From assembly GCA_963748625.1 (NCBI GenBank), contig CAVVJT010000004.1, positions 320,001 to 384,000 of the forward strand: a DNA stretch of 64,000 bases, in the 5' to 3' direction. Numbering within the stretch: the stretch's first letter is position 1; each line of letters begins with the position of its first letter. This document shows positions 1-8,872 of this stretch, one piece after another. Below the pieces are notes generated by a model, which had not been told where the DNA came from, searched no databases, and was given only the letters and a program-made list of their open reading frames with translations. Source of the DNA: an uncultured Chloroflexia bacterium (lineage in GTDB: Bacteria > Chloroflexota > Limnocylindria > Limnocylindrales > CSP1-4). A program made the position numbers and the translations under genes.

Positions 1-97
1 GGCTCCCCTACTGCCGGCTTGGGACGACGGCCACGGCCACCGTCGCAGGTAACCGTTGCTTAGTCAACTGACCCTTCGTGAGAGGTCCCTGAGAGCG

Positions 98-553
98 TCA
101 GGCCCCGGCCTTGTACGGGTAGGTCACCCAATCGTGCACGGTGTCGGCGTAGAAGTCCGGCGCGCCGCCGACCCGCGAGCGCCCGGGCTTGTAGTGGATG
201 ACCGCGGAGACGGGGGTGCCGCCGGCGGCGCGCACCCGGGCGAGCACTTCGGTCATCGTCTCGCCGGTCTCCCAGACCTCGTCCACGACCAGCACCCGGC
301 GCCCGTCGAGGAGCGCCGCCTCTGGGAAGTGGCTGATCACCGGCGCATCGTGGGTCCCGCCCTCCGGCAGGTAGAACACGGCACCCGCGACCAGGATCTC
401 CCGCAGGTCCAGCCGATAGGCCAGCATGCCTGCCGGCACGAGGCCGCCGCGCGTGATGGCCAGCACGACGTCATGGTCCCGGCCGCAGCGGTCGGCGAGA
501 CGCGCGACGAGGGCGTCGAGCGCCTCCCAGGTGACGATCAGCGTGTCCGGCAT
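98..553 (-). CDS. Type I phosphoribosyltransferase (xanthine/hypoxanthine-guanine PRT-like)
   Basis: AITRGGLVPA motif and PRPP-binding loop VLVVDEVWETGET; C-terminal WVTYPY. Start could be upstream at 571 or 580. Confidence 0.85.
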   Translation of the reverse strand: MPDTLIVTWEALDALVARLADRCGRDHDVVLAITRGGLVPAGMLAYRLDLREILVAGAVFYLPEGGTHDAPVISHFPEAALLDGRRVLVVDEVWETGETMTEVLARVRAAGGTPVSAVIHYKPGRSRVGGAPDFYADTVHDWVTYPYKAGA

Positions 554-593
554 GGTCCCATCATCGGGCATGGCTGACACGACGTGCGTTGCG

Positions 594-1331
594 TTACGGA
601 GCCGATGTGGCCTCCGCCTCCGGCGACGCTGCAGCCGAGGCTGCGGGCGCCGGGGTCGCGAGGATGTTGTGGCACAGCGTGCAGGTCTCCTCCTCGCGCA
701 ACGCGTGGTCGATCGGGAGGGCGCCCGCCTGGCTCGACTGGTGGCACGAGCGGCAGGTCAGGTTCTGCGGATCGGGGTGCGGCTTGGCGGGCGGCGGAGC
801 GGGGTTGGGCTTGTGGCACAGCCAGCACTCGTCCTGGTTGCGCCCGACCATGCTGGACGGCAGGTGCGCGACCGTGCCATGGCAGTCGAGGCATGGCTCG
901 TGCAGGTCGGCGTGCGCCTGCGTGATCGCCGGCCCGTCGGGCGCCACTTTGTGGCAGTTGAGGCACTCGGTCTCGGCAATACCGGTATGGCCCGGCGCCT
1001 TGCGGCCCAGGTCCTGGTCGTCGTGGCAGGTGAGGCAGGCGGTCCAACCCTCGATCTGGTGGCCGATGGCCGGGATCGGCTTGAGGTCGGCGGCACCGCC
1101 CTTCTCGTGGCACAGGAGACAGCTGTTCGAGGTAGGGATGTGGGCCAGGCCCATCTGCATCGTCTCGGGCGTCGCAGAGGCCAACGGGGCGACCGACTCT
1201 GCCGCCGTACCGCGCGCGGGGATCACGTGCAGCCAGTCGAGCACCATGGTCAGCGCGAGGAGCCCCACCACGACCAGGTTGAGCGCGATGAGCAGCCGTA
1301 GCGTGCGGTCGAACCTCGATCGTCGTTTCAT
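594..1331 (-). CDS. Membrane-anchored multiheme cytochrome c (7 CxxCH)
   Basis: N-terminal TM helix; CLLCH, CLTCH, CLNCH, CLDCH, CWLCH, CRSCH, CTLCH; ATGA overlap with the upstream protease gene. Confidence 0.9.
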   Translation of the reverse strand: MKRRSRFDRTLRLLIALNLVVVGLLALTMVLDWLHVIPARGTAAESVAPLASATPETMQMGLAHIPTSNSCLLCHEKGGAADLKPIPAIGHQIEGWTACLTCHDDQDLGRKAPGHTGIAETECLNCHKVAPDGPAITQAHADLHEPCLDCHGTVAHLPSSMVGRNQDECWLCHKPNPAPPPAKPHPDPQNLTCRSCHQSSQAGALPIDHALREEETCTLCHNILATPAPAASAAASPEAEATSAP

Positions 1332-1876
1332 GCGTGCGCCCCTGTCGTCTGGGTGGGTGAGCCCGCCGCGATGCGGTGGGCTGCGATCTGCTCATCCATC
1401 ACACGGAGCTCGTCACGCACCGTCCCGATCGTCCGAGGCAGAGCGGCCGCGACAACGGGCGAGAGCCCCGTCCCGAATCCGGTGTTGACCACCTCGACCC
1501 CGACCAGCGCCACAGGCTCCGGGAGCCAGCCCATCAGGCGGGCCATGGCCAGCAGCTCGGCGACGGAGTTGGGCGCCTGCCCGGGTGCCCCGTCCGCCTG
1601 GACGATGGCATCGCCGTGCAGGACCGACACGGAACCCTCTGGCCCGCCCAGATGGAGCGCGTCCACCAGCACGAGGCCCCTGGCGTCGCGGACTGCGTGC
1701 AGCAGGTCCATCAGCAGCGTGCCGCCGTCCACGAGCCACGTGTGCTCGGGCAGCGCGACCGGGTCATGCTCCTGGATCTCGCGCAACGCCTCGATCACGC
1801 GCACGCCGATCGCGTCGTCGCGAAGCAGCACATTGCCCACGCCGATCACGACGAGCGGGCGGGTGGGCTCGCTCAC
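1328..1876 (-). CDS. Hydrogenase maturation endopeptidase (HyaD/HybD family), divergent
   Basis: GVGNVLLRDDAIG, DGGT and LVDA motifs; the usual SxH His appears replaced (QAPNSV). Confidence 0.85.
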   Translation of the reverse strand: MSEPTRPLVVIGVGNVLLRDDAIGVRVIEALREIQEHDPVALPEHTWLVDGGTLLMDLLHAVRDARGLVLVDALHLGGPEGSVSVLHGDAIVQADGAPGQAPNSVAELLAMARLMGWLPEPVALVGVEVVNTGFGTGLSPVVAAALPRTIGTVRDELRVMDEQIAAHRIAAGSPTQTTGAHA

Positions 1877-2679
1877 GGCTCGGTCCGCTCCAGCAGCTCG
1901 GGGCCGCCGTCACGCGAGGCCACGACCTGGTGGCGGGTGGGGAACTTGTAGCCGTTGATCATCGAGGACACCAGGCCGTTCTGCTCGATGTGGTCGACCA
2001 GCACGCAGCTGTAGACGTGGAACAGCGCGATCGCGAGGATCACCCACATCGCGAGGTGATGGATCACGCGCAGCATCTGGGCTCCGAGCAGGTCACGCAG
2101 CCAGCCGAACATCGTCGCCCCGGGCTCGGCACCCATGAGGCCGTCGAGCGCGAAGCCCGTGACCGTCTCCGCGAGCAGCAGCACGAACAGCACGACGTAT
2201 GCCGTGGCGGCCAGCTGGTTGTGGCCGAGGACCTCGGGAATCTCCTTGCGGAAGAACCCGTAGAACCCGGCCTGGCGGTACAGCTCGGTCGCCTGGTAGC
2301 GGCTGGTCGGGATGAACGCCGTCCAGCGGGCGAACCGGTTGCCGAAGATCAGCATCCACGTCCGGACGAGACCCGACACGAGGAAGGTGAGCGCCGCGAT
2401 GATGTGGAGCAGCCGCACGTTGCTCATGAGGGCCCCGCCGGCCGGGATGAGGAAGGGATCCGCGATGTACATGCCCGAGATCGCGAGGATCACGATGCAC
2501 GCGGCGGTCACCCAGTGCGTGACCCGCACGGGCACCTGCCAGATGTAGAGCCGGACGCGGCGGCCCGGATCCTCGATGTGGTGCGCGGCGTCGGCGTGGG
2601 CACCAGCCGTCGGGACGGTGGCCGGGACGGCGGCCTCGGCGGACGCCGCGCCGGGAAGGGTCTCCTGGGCGACGGTCAT
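1873..2679 (-). CDS. hyaC: Ni/Fe-hydrogenase b-type cytochrome subunit (HyaC-like)
   Basis: YIWQVPVRVTHW, RLLHII, GHNQLAA, RVIHHLAMW and FHVY heme-b motifs; start MTVAQ overlaps the large-subunit stop (ATGA). Confidence 0.88.
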   Translation of the reverse strand: MTVAQETLPGAASAEAAVPATVPTAGAHADAAHHIEDPGRRVRLYIWQVPVRVTHWVTAACIVILAISGMYIADPFLIPAGGALMSNVRLLHIIAALTFLVSGLVRTWMLIFGNRFARWTAFIPTSRYQATELYRQAGFYGFFRKEIPEVLGHNQLAATAYVVLFVLLLAETVTGFALDGLMGAEPGATMFGWLRDLLGAQMLRVIHHLAMWVILAIALFHVYSCVLVDHIEQNGLVSSMINGYKFPTRHQVVASRDGGPELLERTEP

Positions 2680-4454
2680 CGGACGGCCTCCGGGGCGGTT
2701 GCGCGGACGCTGACGACGGTGTCGCCGCCCGCTCGTGGATCGTGGACATGCGCCGCGCATGCGGCGCATGGGGCGATGGAGTGGACGACCCGCAGGATCT
2801 CCAGCGGCTGCGCGGCATCGGCGACCGGCGTGCCAACGAGCGAGGACTCGAGGGGGCCGGCCATCGCGAGCACGTCGCGAGGCGAGGCGTTCCAGGTGGA
2901 GCCGTCGACGACCTGGTAGGCGTCGACGTACTTGTTCTTGACGTGGACCCAGTGGTTGACGGAGCCGCGCGGGCCCTCTCCGGCCGACCAGCCGGCGAAC
3001 TCGTCGGGCCACGCGTTGGGATCCCACAGCTCCACGCTGGCGACCGAGACATCGCCCGTCGCAAGGCTGGAGCGAAGCTCCCAGACCCAGCCGTCGAGCT
3101 CGCGGCTCAGGACGTCGGTCTCGACCGCACGGGCCAGCATCCTGCCGAGCACGCCGGTGGTGCCCTTGGGGCCGAGGCCGGTGCGCTCGAGCAGCCGGGC
3201 CAGCGCCAGGCGGATCTCCGTCTGGCCGTTGGCGGCCCCCACCAGCACCCGGGCGAGGGGGCCGGTCTCCATCGGCAGCCCGTTGTACCGCGGCGCCTTG
3301 GACCAGGTGTACTTCCCATCCCCGTCAAGCTGCGTGAGCGGGAGCGTGGCGGTGAACATTGGGTCGGTGAGGCCGTCGACCGGGCGGGTCAGCGCATCGT
3401 CACCGTTGGGGTACGTGTACCAGGCGTGCTGGACCGACTCGCCGATGTCCTCGTGGCTCACCGGCTGGGAGCCCTCGAGGTTGCCTTCCATGAGGCGGCC
3501 GGCCGGGAAGAACATGACGGGTTTGGCGCTCTGGTCCTGCGGGAACTCCCCGTTGCACAGGTAGTTGCCCGGCCCGGCCCCAATCGTGGCGTACTCGGGA
3601 TAGGCGTTGGCGAGCATGACCGTGTCAGGGACGAACACCTGATCGACGAACATGCGAGCGCCCTGGATGAGGCCCGCCAGGAGGTCGAGGCCCTCCTGAC
3701 TCAGCGGCGGGGGTGCGTTGCGATCCGGGACCTGCGGGTGCTGGCGGGTCTGCGATGCGGCCGGACCACCCCACGGCGGGGCGACGGCCATGCCGCCCAC
3801 CAGGAATGTCTGGGGGTGCGGGTCCTTGCCGCCCAGGAGGGCTTCGAGCCGCAGGAAGTCCGCCTGCCAGTCCAGCGCCTCGAGCATGTGCGCGGCGAGG
3901 AGCAGGCTCTGCTCCGGGGTGAGCCGGTAGGCCGGATGGCCGGCCCAGCCGCCGCCGAACGGGTTCCGCTGCTCGCTTCCGAGGACGCCGGCAAGGCGGT
4001 CCTTGACCTCCTTGAACCACGCCGATGTCGAGTTCGCCCACGCGCTCTGACCCGTGGCCAGGCGCGCGGTCGCCACCGGATCCGCGGTCACGGCGAGGGA
4101 GATGTCCATCCAGTCCGAGAGGGACCGCTGGTACAGGACCATGACGTGATCGCGGACCATCATGGACGCCGCCATGATGCTGCGGATGAGGCGCGCATTG
4201 ACCGGGATCACGATGCCCAGCCCCTGCTCGACCGCACGTACGGACGCGAGCGCGTGGACGCCGGTGCAGGTCCCGCAGATGCGCTGGGCCAGCAGCCATG
4301 CGTCGCGCGGATCACGGCCCACGAGGACGGTCTCGATGCCGCGGAACGTGCCGGCCGACACCCAGGCCGACCCGACGTAACCGCCGACGGTCTCGGCATC
4401 GACGCGCATCTGGCCGTTGGCCCGGGTGACGGGATCGACGACGATGCGGGTCAT
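2676..4454 (-). CDS. [NiFe]-hydrogenase-like large subunit, group-1 derived, with non-canonical active-site motifs
   Basis: GRDPRDAW, L1 QRICGTCTGVH, GGKDPHPQ, KYTWSKAPRY, GPRG, STWNASPRD, L2 SIAPCAACAAH plus a cleavable C-terminal tail; RANGQ replaces RIEGH. Confidence 0.9.
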   Translation of the reverse strand: MTRIVVDPVTRANGQMRVDAETVGGYVGSAWVSAGTFRGIETVLVGRDPRDAWLLAQRICGTCTGVHALASVRAVEQGLGIVIPVNARLIRSIMAASMMVRDHVMVLYQRSLSDWMDISLAVTADPVATARLATGQSAWANSTSAWFKEVKDRLAGVLGSEQRNPFGGGWAGHPAYRLTPEQSLLLAAHMLEALDWQADFLRLEALLGGKDPHPQTFLVGGMAVAPPWGGPAASQTRQHPQVPDRNAPPPLSQEGLDLLAGLIQGARMFVDQVFVPDTVMLANAYPEYATIGAGPGNYLCNGEFPQDQSAKPVMFFPAGRLMEGNLEGSQPVSHEDIGESVQHAWYTYPNGDDALTRPVDGLTDPMFTATLPLTQLDGDGKYTWSKAPRYNGLPMETGPLARVLVGAANGQTEIRLALARLLERTGLGPKGTTGVLGRMLARAVETDVLSRELDGWVWELRSSLATGDVSVASVELWDPNAWPDEFAGWSAGEGPRGSVNHWVHVKNKYVDAYQVVDGSTWNASPRDVLAMAGPLESSLVGTPVADAAQPLEILRVVHSIAPCAACAAHVHDPRAGGDTVVSVRATAPEAVR

Positions 4455-5734
4455 GCTTCGGGCTCCGCGGTCGTGGGCTGGGATTCGGGGGGCGTGGTGA
4501 CCGCAGCGTGGTCATCCGGAGGGGTGACGACCGCGACTTCGGCGGCTTCCGCGGCGGCCGGTGGCTGCGGGTCAGCCTCGGTGGCAAGCGCCTGCGGGTC
4601 AGCCTCGCCGGCCGCGGAGCCTCCCGCGCTGGCGGCTTCGGCGGCAGCTGCGGCCTCCGCCCTCGCGATCCGCTTCCGGCGCTTGAAGCGCATCCCCATC
4701 CCGGTCGCGTGAACGGCGACGACGCCGGCGATGCCGCCGACCATGGCCACACCGATCGTGTCCACCGTCAGGTTCGGCAGCGGCGGGACGGGCGCGGGGA
4801 GCCGGGCGTACGCCGGTCCCATCGCATCCCACGACGACGGGGTCATGCAGCCGATGCACCCCTCCCCTGCCCGGACGTTCCAGCTGACCCCGCCGCCGTA
4901 GCGGACGGTCGGGCAGTTGGCCATCGTCTCGGGTCCCTTGCAGCCGACCTTGTACAGGCACCAGCCCCGCTGGGCACCCTCGTCACCCCAGGACAGCGCG
5001 AACTCGCCGAACTCGAAGTGGGGGCGCCGCTCGCACTGGTTGTGGACCAGGTTGCCGTAGGCCGAGAGTGGGCGGCTCATGAGGTCCGTGGGCGGCCACT
5101 CGCGGAAGGTCAGCCAGTGGATGAGCACCGAGACGAGCGTGACCACGTTGAGCGGGCATCCCGGCAGCGCGATGTACTGGGCGTTCCCGATGTAGCCCCT
5201 GATGCCCTCGGCGTCGGTGAGGTTGTTCCTGGCCGCCGAGATGCCGCCGTCACAGGCGCAGGATCCTGCCGCGATCACCGCGATCGCCCCGTCGGCGACC
5301 TCGCGCAGGACATCGGCTGCCGGCCGCCCTTGGATCAGGCAGTAGCCGTCGCCGCCGCGAGGGAGGCTTCCCTCCACGACCAGGACGTAGCCGCCCGGGT
5401 AGCGCTCCATCGCATCGGTGAGCGCCTGGCCTGCCCCGGCGCCCGAGACCGCGAGGAACGAGTCGTGGTACTCGATGGAGACCGTCTCGAGGAAGAGCTG
5501 CGACACGGAGGGGTCGATCGAGCGCAGGGTCGCCTCGGTGTTGCCACCGCAGGTCTGCGTGCGGAGCCAGATGACCGGCAGGCGGGGGGCGGCTTCGACG
5601 GCTGCAGCGATGCGCGGGGCGTAGGTGGTCGGCAGCGCGAGGGCAGCGGCCATGGCGGTCGAGAATTGGAGGAACGACCTCCGGGACATCCCGCGCCGCA
5701 CCAGCGCGCCGTACAGCCCTCCGTCGTCCATCAC
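4451..5734 (-). CDS. [NiFe]-hydrogenase-like small subunit with Tat signal and C-terminal TM anchor
   Basis: SRRSFLQ twin-arginine motif; TCGGN, GSCACDGG, PGCP, HNQCERR, WCLYKVGCKGP, GCIGC; C-terminal TM then an acidic Ala/Pro tail. Confidence 0.9.
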   Translation of the reverse strand: MMDDGGLYGALVRRGMSRRSFLQFSTAMAAALALPTTYAPRIAAAVEAAPRLPVIWLRTQTCGGNTEATLRSIDPSVSQLFLETVSIEYHDSFLAVSGAGAGQALTDAMERYPGGYVLVVEGSLPRGGDGYCLIQGRPAADVLREVADGAIAVIAAGSCACDGGISAARNNLTDAEGIRGYIGNAQYIALPGCPLNVVTLVSVLIHWLTFREWPPTDLMSRPLSAYGNLVHNQCERRPHFEFGEFALSWGDEGAQRGWCLYKVGCKGPETMANCPTVRYGGGVSWNVRAGEGCIGCMTPSSWDAMGPAYARLPAPVPPLPNLTVDTIGVAMVGGIAGVVAVHATGMGMRFKRRKRIARAEAAAAAEAASAGGSAAGEADPQALATEADPQPPAAAEAAEVAVVTPPDDHAAVTTPPESQPTTAEPEA

Positions 5735-5967
5735 TCTCTCTCGTTGTGCTGTCGCGACGGGCCGACCGGAGGCCAGGCAACGGCCGCGACGTGGCTATGG
5801 GAACGCCGGTACCCATGCTCGTCGACGCGCATGCCCCCCGACGCCTGTCGGAAGTCGCCGCGCTGCATGGCGAAGGGCACTGTATTGCGGCCCGTATGGC
5901 TTGTCGGCGTACCTGCTTGTCGGCCCGGGCAACGGGGGTCACGGAGCCTGTCGGTCGGCTCTGGGCC

Positions 5968-6315
5968 TCAGGCGAAGGCGACGAAGGGGTCGCGCTCCGA
6001 CAGCCTCCGCGCGAACGACCGACGCTCCAGGCAGGAGAGAACCGACACCGGGAGATGGTCGGTCCAGACCGCCGCAAGCTCTGGGTCCTCGATGCGGCTG
6101 GCGAAGTCCACGAGGGCCATCACGGTCTCCGCGAGCTCGGGCGGGACCATCCACTCGTCTGCCGTGACGCGTGTCTCCAGGAGCTGCCGGCGGCTGCGCT
6201 GGCGGGGCGTCATGACGGTGGCGGCAGGATCACGCCGCCGTTCGACGAGGCACAGGTGGTCGAAGGCACCGAGCGCCTGCTCGCACAATCGTCCGGACGA
6301 CGTCCCGTGCTCCAC
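5968..6315 (-). CDS. Hypothetical protein (~115 aa)
   Basis: GGAGG SD before GTG (MEHGTSSG...); protein-like composition; no family recognised. Confidence 0.55.
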   Translation of the reverse strand: MEHGTSSGRLCEQALGAFDHLCLVERRRDPAATVMTPRQRSRRQLLETRVTADEWMVPPELAETVMALVDFASRIEDPELAAVWTDHLPVSVLSCLERRSFARRLSERDPFVAFA

Positions 6316-6430
6316 GACCGTGGCCTCCAAGGTGCCCGCCGGGCGGCGCAGGCTGTGCCCTGATGGTAGCGATGGCGGAGGCTCGCCGTGCCTGCGCCGG
6401 GCGACATCTGCGCTGGCCCGGCTGCGGGGC

Positions 6431-8494
6431 TCAGGCGGCCCGGCCTTCGTCGCCCTCCGGGGGCACATCGTCGTCCCCGAGCTGGTGATCGTCGCGCCGG
6501 TAGGGCACGTCCACCACCACGGTGTGCTGCCGGCCGAGCAGGATCGTCCGCAGGCGGCGCGCCGACTGGTTGTAGAGGATCCGCTCCCACCAGTGGCGTG
6601 CGACGTACTCGGGCACCACGACGAACGTGATCGGCTCGGGCTTGTCGGGCGGCCACGCGCGGTCGAGCACGTCGAGGTAGGCCATGAGCGGCCCCGCGAG
6701 CGCCCGGTACGGACTCTCCACGATCACGAGCGGCACACCCGGGACCTGGCGCTCCCAGCGCTCGCGCATCCGCGCGGAATGCTCGGGATCCTCGCTGATG
6801 TAGACCGCGCTCACGTCCTCGGTGATCGAGCGGGCCACGTTGACCGCCCGGACGACCGCCCGGTTGAGCGACGGCACCGGGATGATGGCGCGCTCCTGGC
6901 GGGTGAGTGGCGGCATCACGAAGTCGTGCGGGATGGCGAGCTGGCGACTGGACGCCGTGTACTGGCGATTGATGAACAGCATCCCGCCGACCAGCATCGG
7001 GATCAGCACCGCGACCACCCATGCCCCGTGCTCGAACTTCTCGGTCAGGACGATCAGCAGGACCACGCCGGTCAGGAGCGCGCCAAACGCGTTGACGATC
7101 ATCCGCCACCGCCAGCCCGGGGCGCGGGTGCGGACCCAGTGACGGACCATGCCGCCCTGGCTCAGCGTGAAGCACACGAACACCCCGACCGAGTACAGCG
7201 GAATCAGGCTGGTCGTGTTGCCCTGGAAGACCACATACAGGCCGGCGGCCACGGCGGCCAGCAGGACGATGCCCCAGCTGTACGCGAGCCGGTCGCCGCG
7301 GAAGGTGAACTGGCGCGGGAAGTAGCCGTCCTCGGCCAGGATCGCCGCAAGCCGGGGGAAGGCATTGAAGCTGGTGTTCGCGGCCAGGAACAGGATCAGG
7401 GCTGTCGCGAGCTGGAACACGTAGAACAACGGGCTGTCCCAGCCGAACACCGTGCTCGCCACCAGCGCGATGACCGTCGGCCCGCCCGACAGCGCCACCG
7501 ACGGGACGATGTCATAGGCGCGCGAGATGATCGTGACCCCGATGAAGATGACGCCCAGCAGGACGGCCATCGCCAGCATCGTGTTCGCGGCGTTCTTCGC
7601 CTCCGGCGGCTTGAAGGCGGGCACGCCGTTGGCGATCGCCTCCACGCCGGTCAGCGCGACCGAACCGCTGGCAAACGCGCGCAGGATCAGCACCAGGCCC
7701 AGCGTCTCCGTGCCCAGCGGGACCGCCTGTTCCTGGGGCGACATCGGGACGGCCTGACCGGTGGCAACCCGGTAGAGGCCGATGACCACGATGACCAGCG
7801 CCAGGCTCACGAAGAGGTAGGTGGGAATGGCGAACGCGTTGCCCGCCTCGCGCAGGCCGCGCAGGTTGCCCACCGTGATGAGGGCGATCACCGCCACGGC
7901 AACCTCGATCCGGACGAAGTCCAGCCCCGGCATGATCGAGATCAGCTGGTCCATGGCGGACGACGTGGACACGGCCACGGTCATCACGTAGTCGATCAGC
8001 AGTGCCGCAGCCGCCACCAGGCCGAGGATCGGCAGCAGCTCCTGGCGGGCGACCGCGTAGGCGCCACCGCCCTGCGGAAAGGCGTTGCACACCTGGCGGT
8101 AGGAGACCGCCACCACGGCCAGCAGGACCGCGATCGCAATGGCGATCGGCACGGACACCATGAGTGCGCCCGCACCTGCAAGGACGAGGACCCGCAGGAT
8201 CTCCTCCGTGGCGTAGGCCGAGGACGAGATCGCATCGGACGAGAAGATCGGCAGGGCGAGCCGCTTCGACAGGCGCTCGCCGATCTCCTCCTCGGAGGCC
8301 ATCGGACGTCCGATGAACCAGGCCTTGGCCCGCTGCACGCCACGCCCGAACCCGGAGCGTGGCGTCGACGCCGCGGCCTTCGCGACCAGCTGGTTGGGAC
8401 CCGTGTACCTGAAGTAGGCGGAGTGCGGACGTTCGACACGGACCCGCTTGTCACCCGGCTTGCGGCCGCTGATGGGCTTGCGGCCGCCGATCAT
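6431..8494 (-). CDS. kimA: KimA/YdaO-type APC-superfamily K+ transporter
   Basis: ALPIFSSDAISSSAYATEE, GGGAY, DYVMTVAVS, ALTGVEAIANGVPAFKPPE and LIPLYSVGVF, plus C-terminal cytosolic domain ESPYR...WWERILYNQ. Confidence 0.85.
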   Translation of the reverse strand: MIGGRKPISGRKPGDKRVRVERPHSAYFRYTGPNQLVAKAAASTPRSGFGRGVQRAKAWFIGRPMASEEEIGERLSKRLALPIFSSDAISSSAYATEEILRVLVLAGAGALMVSVPIAIAIAVLLAVVAVSYRQVCNAFPQGGGAYAVARQELLPILGLVAAAALLIDYVMTVAVSTSSAMDQLISIMPGLDFVRIEVAVAVIALITVGNLRGLREAGNAFAIPTYLFVSLALVIVVIGLYRVATGQAVPMSPQEQAVPLGTETLGLVLILRAFASGSVALTGVEAIANGVPAFKPPEAKNAANTMLAMAVLLGVIFIGVTIISRAYDIVPSVALSGGPTVIALVASTVFGWDSPLFYVFQLATALILFLAANTSFNAFPRLAAILAEDGYFPRQFTFRGDRLAYSWGIVLLAAVAAGLYVVFQGNTTSLIPLYSVGVFVCFTLSQGGMVRHWVRTRAPGWRWRMIVNAFGALLTGVVLLIVLTEKFEHGAWVVAVLIPMLVGGMLFINRQYTASSRQLAIPHDFVMPPLTRQERAIIPVPSLNRAVVRAVNVARSITEDVSAVYISEDPEHSARMRERWERQVPGVPLVIVESPYRALAGPLMAYLDVLDRAWPPDKPEPITFVVVPEYVARHWWERILYNQSARRLRTILLGRQHTVVVDVPYRRDDHQLGDDDVPPEGDEGRAA

Positions 8495-8543
8495 CGCCCG
8501 TCCTCCCGGCCCTGCTGCCGGTGGGGACGGACTGTTGGCCGGT

Positions 8544-8798
8544 TCATGCGGTGATGGCCTCCACGAGGACGTCGAACCGGTCGGGACGCGAGGTCGCGAT
8601 CGTGCGCAGGCGGGTACCGGACTCGAGGGCGAAGCGCATGCACAAGTCTCGGACCACCTCGCCGTGGGCGAGGCCGGCGACGAGCACGCGCCGCGAGGCC
8701 CCCGAATTGACGAGCAGGATGGCCTCGCGCACGAGGCGCTCCTCACCGGCCCAGGGGCTGGGGAAGACGGCGTCGTCCAGGGCGATGGCGGGTTCCAT
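8544..8798 (-). CDS. Small hypothetical protein (84 aa) upstream of kimA
   Basis: GGAGG SD before ATG (MEPAIALDD...); plausible alpha/beta composition. Confidence 0.55.
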   Translation of the reverse strand: MEPAIALDDAVFPSPWAGEERLVREAILLVNSGASRRVLVAGLAHGEVVRDLCMRFALESGTRLRTIATSRPDRFDVLVEAITA

Positions 8799-8854
8799 GC
8801 CTCCACCATCGCAGGCACGCCCAAGAGGGAACGACACCGCGAACGCCCCCGGCG

Positions 8855-8872
8855 CCTAAGGTTTCCCTAAGG
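8855..8872 (-). promoter_or_regulatory. Candidate OmpR/KdpE-type direct-repeat binding site
   Basis: CCTTAGG-GAAA-CCTTAGG on the minus strand with 11-bp period, overlapping the kdpE stop and upstream of the small ORF and kimA. Confidence 0.45.

Noticed and set aside
1-97. Lower-GC segment with a small hairpin, considered as a riboswitch or ncRNA
   Set aside because: No recognisable RNA family. It fits better as a minus-strand promoter (TTGACT-N17-GACGGT) and SD for a gene outside the window.
2676-4454. Selenocysteine-containing [NiFeSe] variant
   Set aside because: Both L2 ligands are TGC codons and there is no in-frame TGA.
4508-8554. 1348-aa plus-strand ORF
   Set aside because: Antisense shadow of the hydrogenase small subunit and kimA; Arg/His/Gly-rich with no motifs, typical of high-GC DNA.
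8495-8866. c-di-AMP (ydaO) riboswitch expected upstream of kimA
   Set aside because: The conserved GCUGAAUC and CCCGUCAGCUAAC elements are not visible, and the space is occupied by a small ORF.
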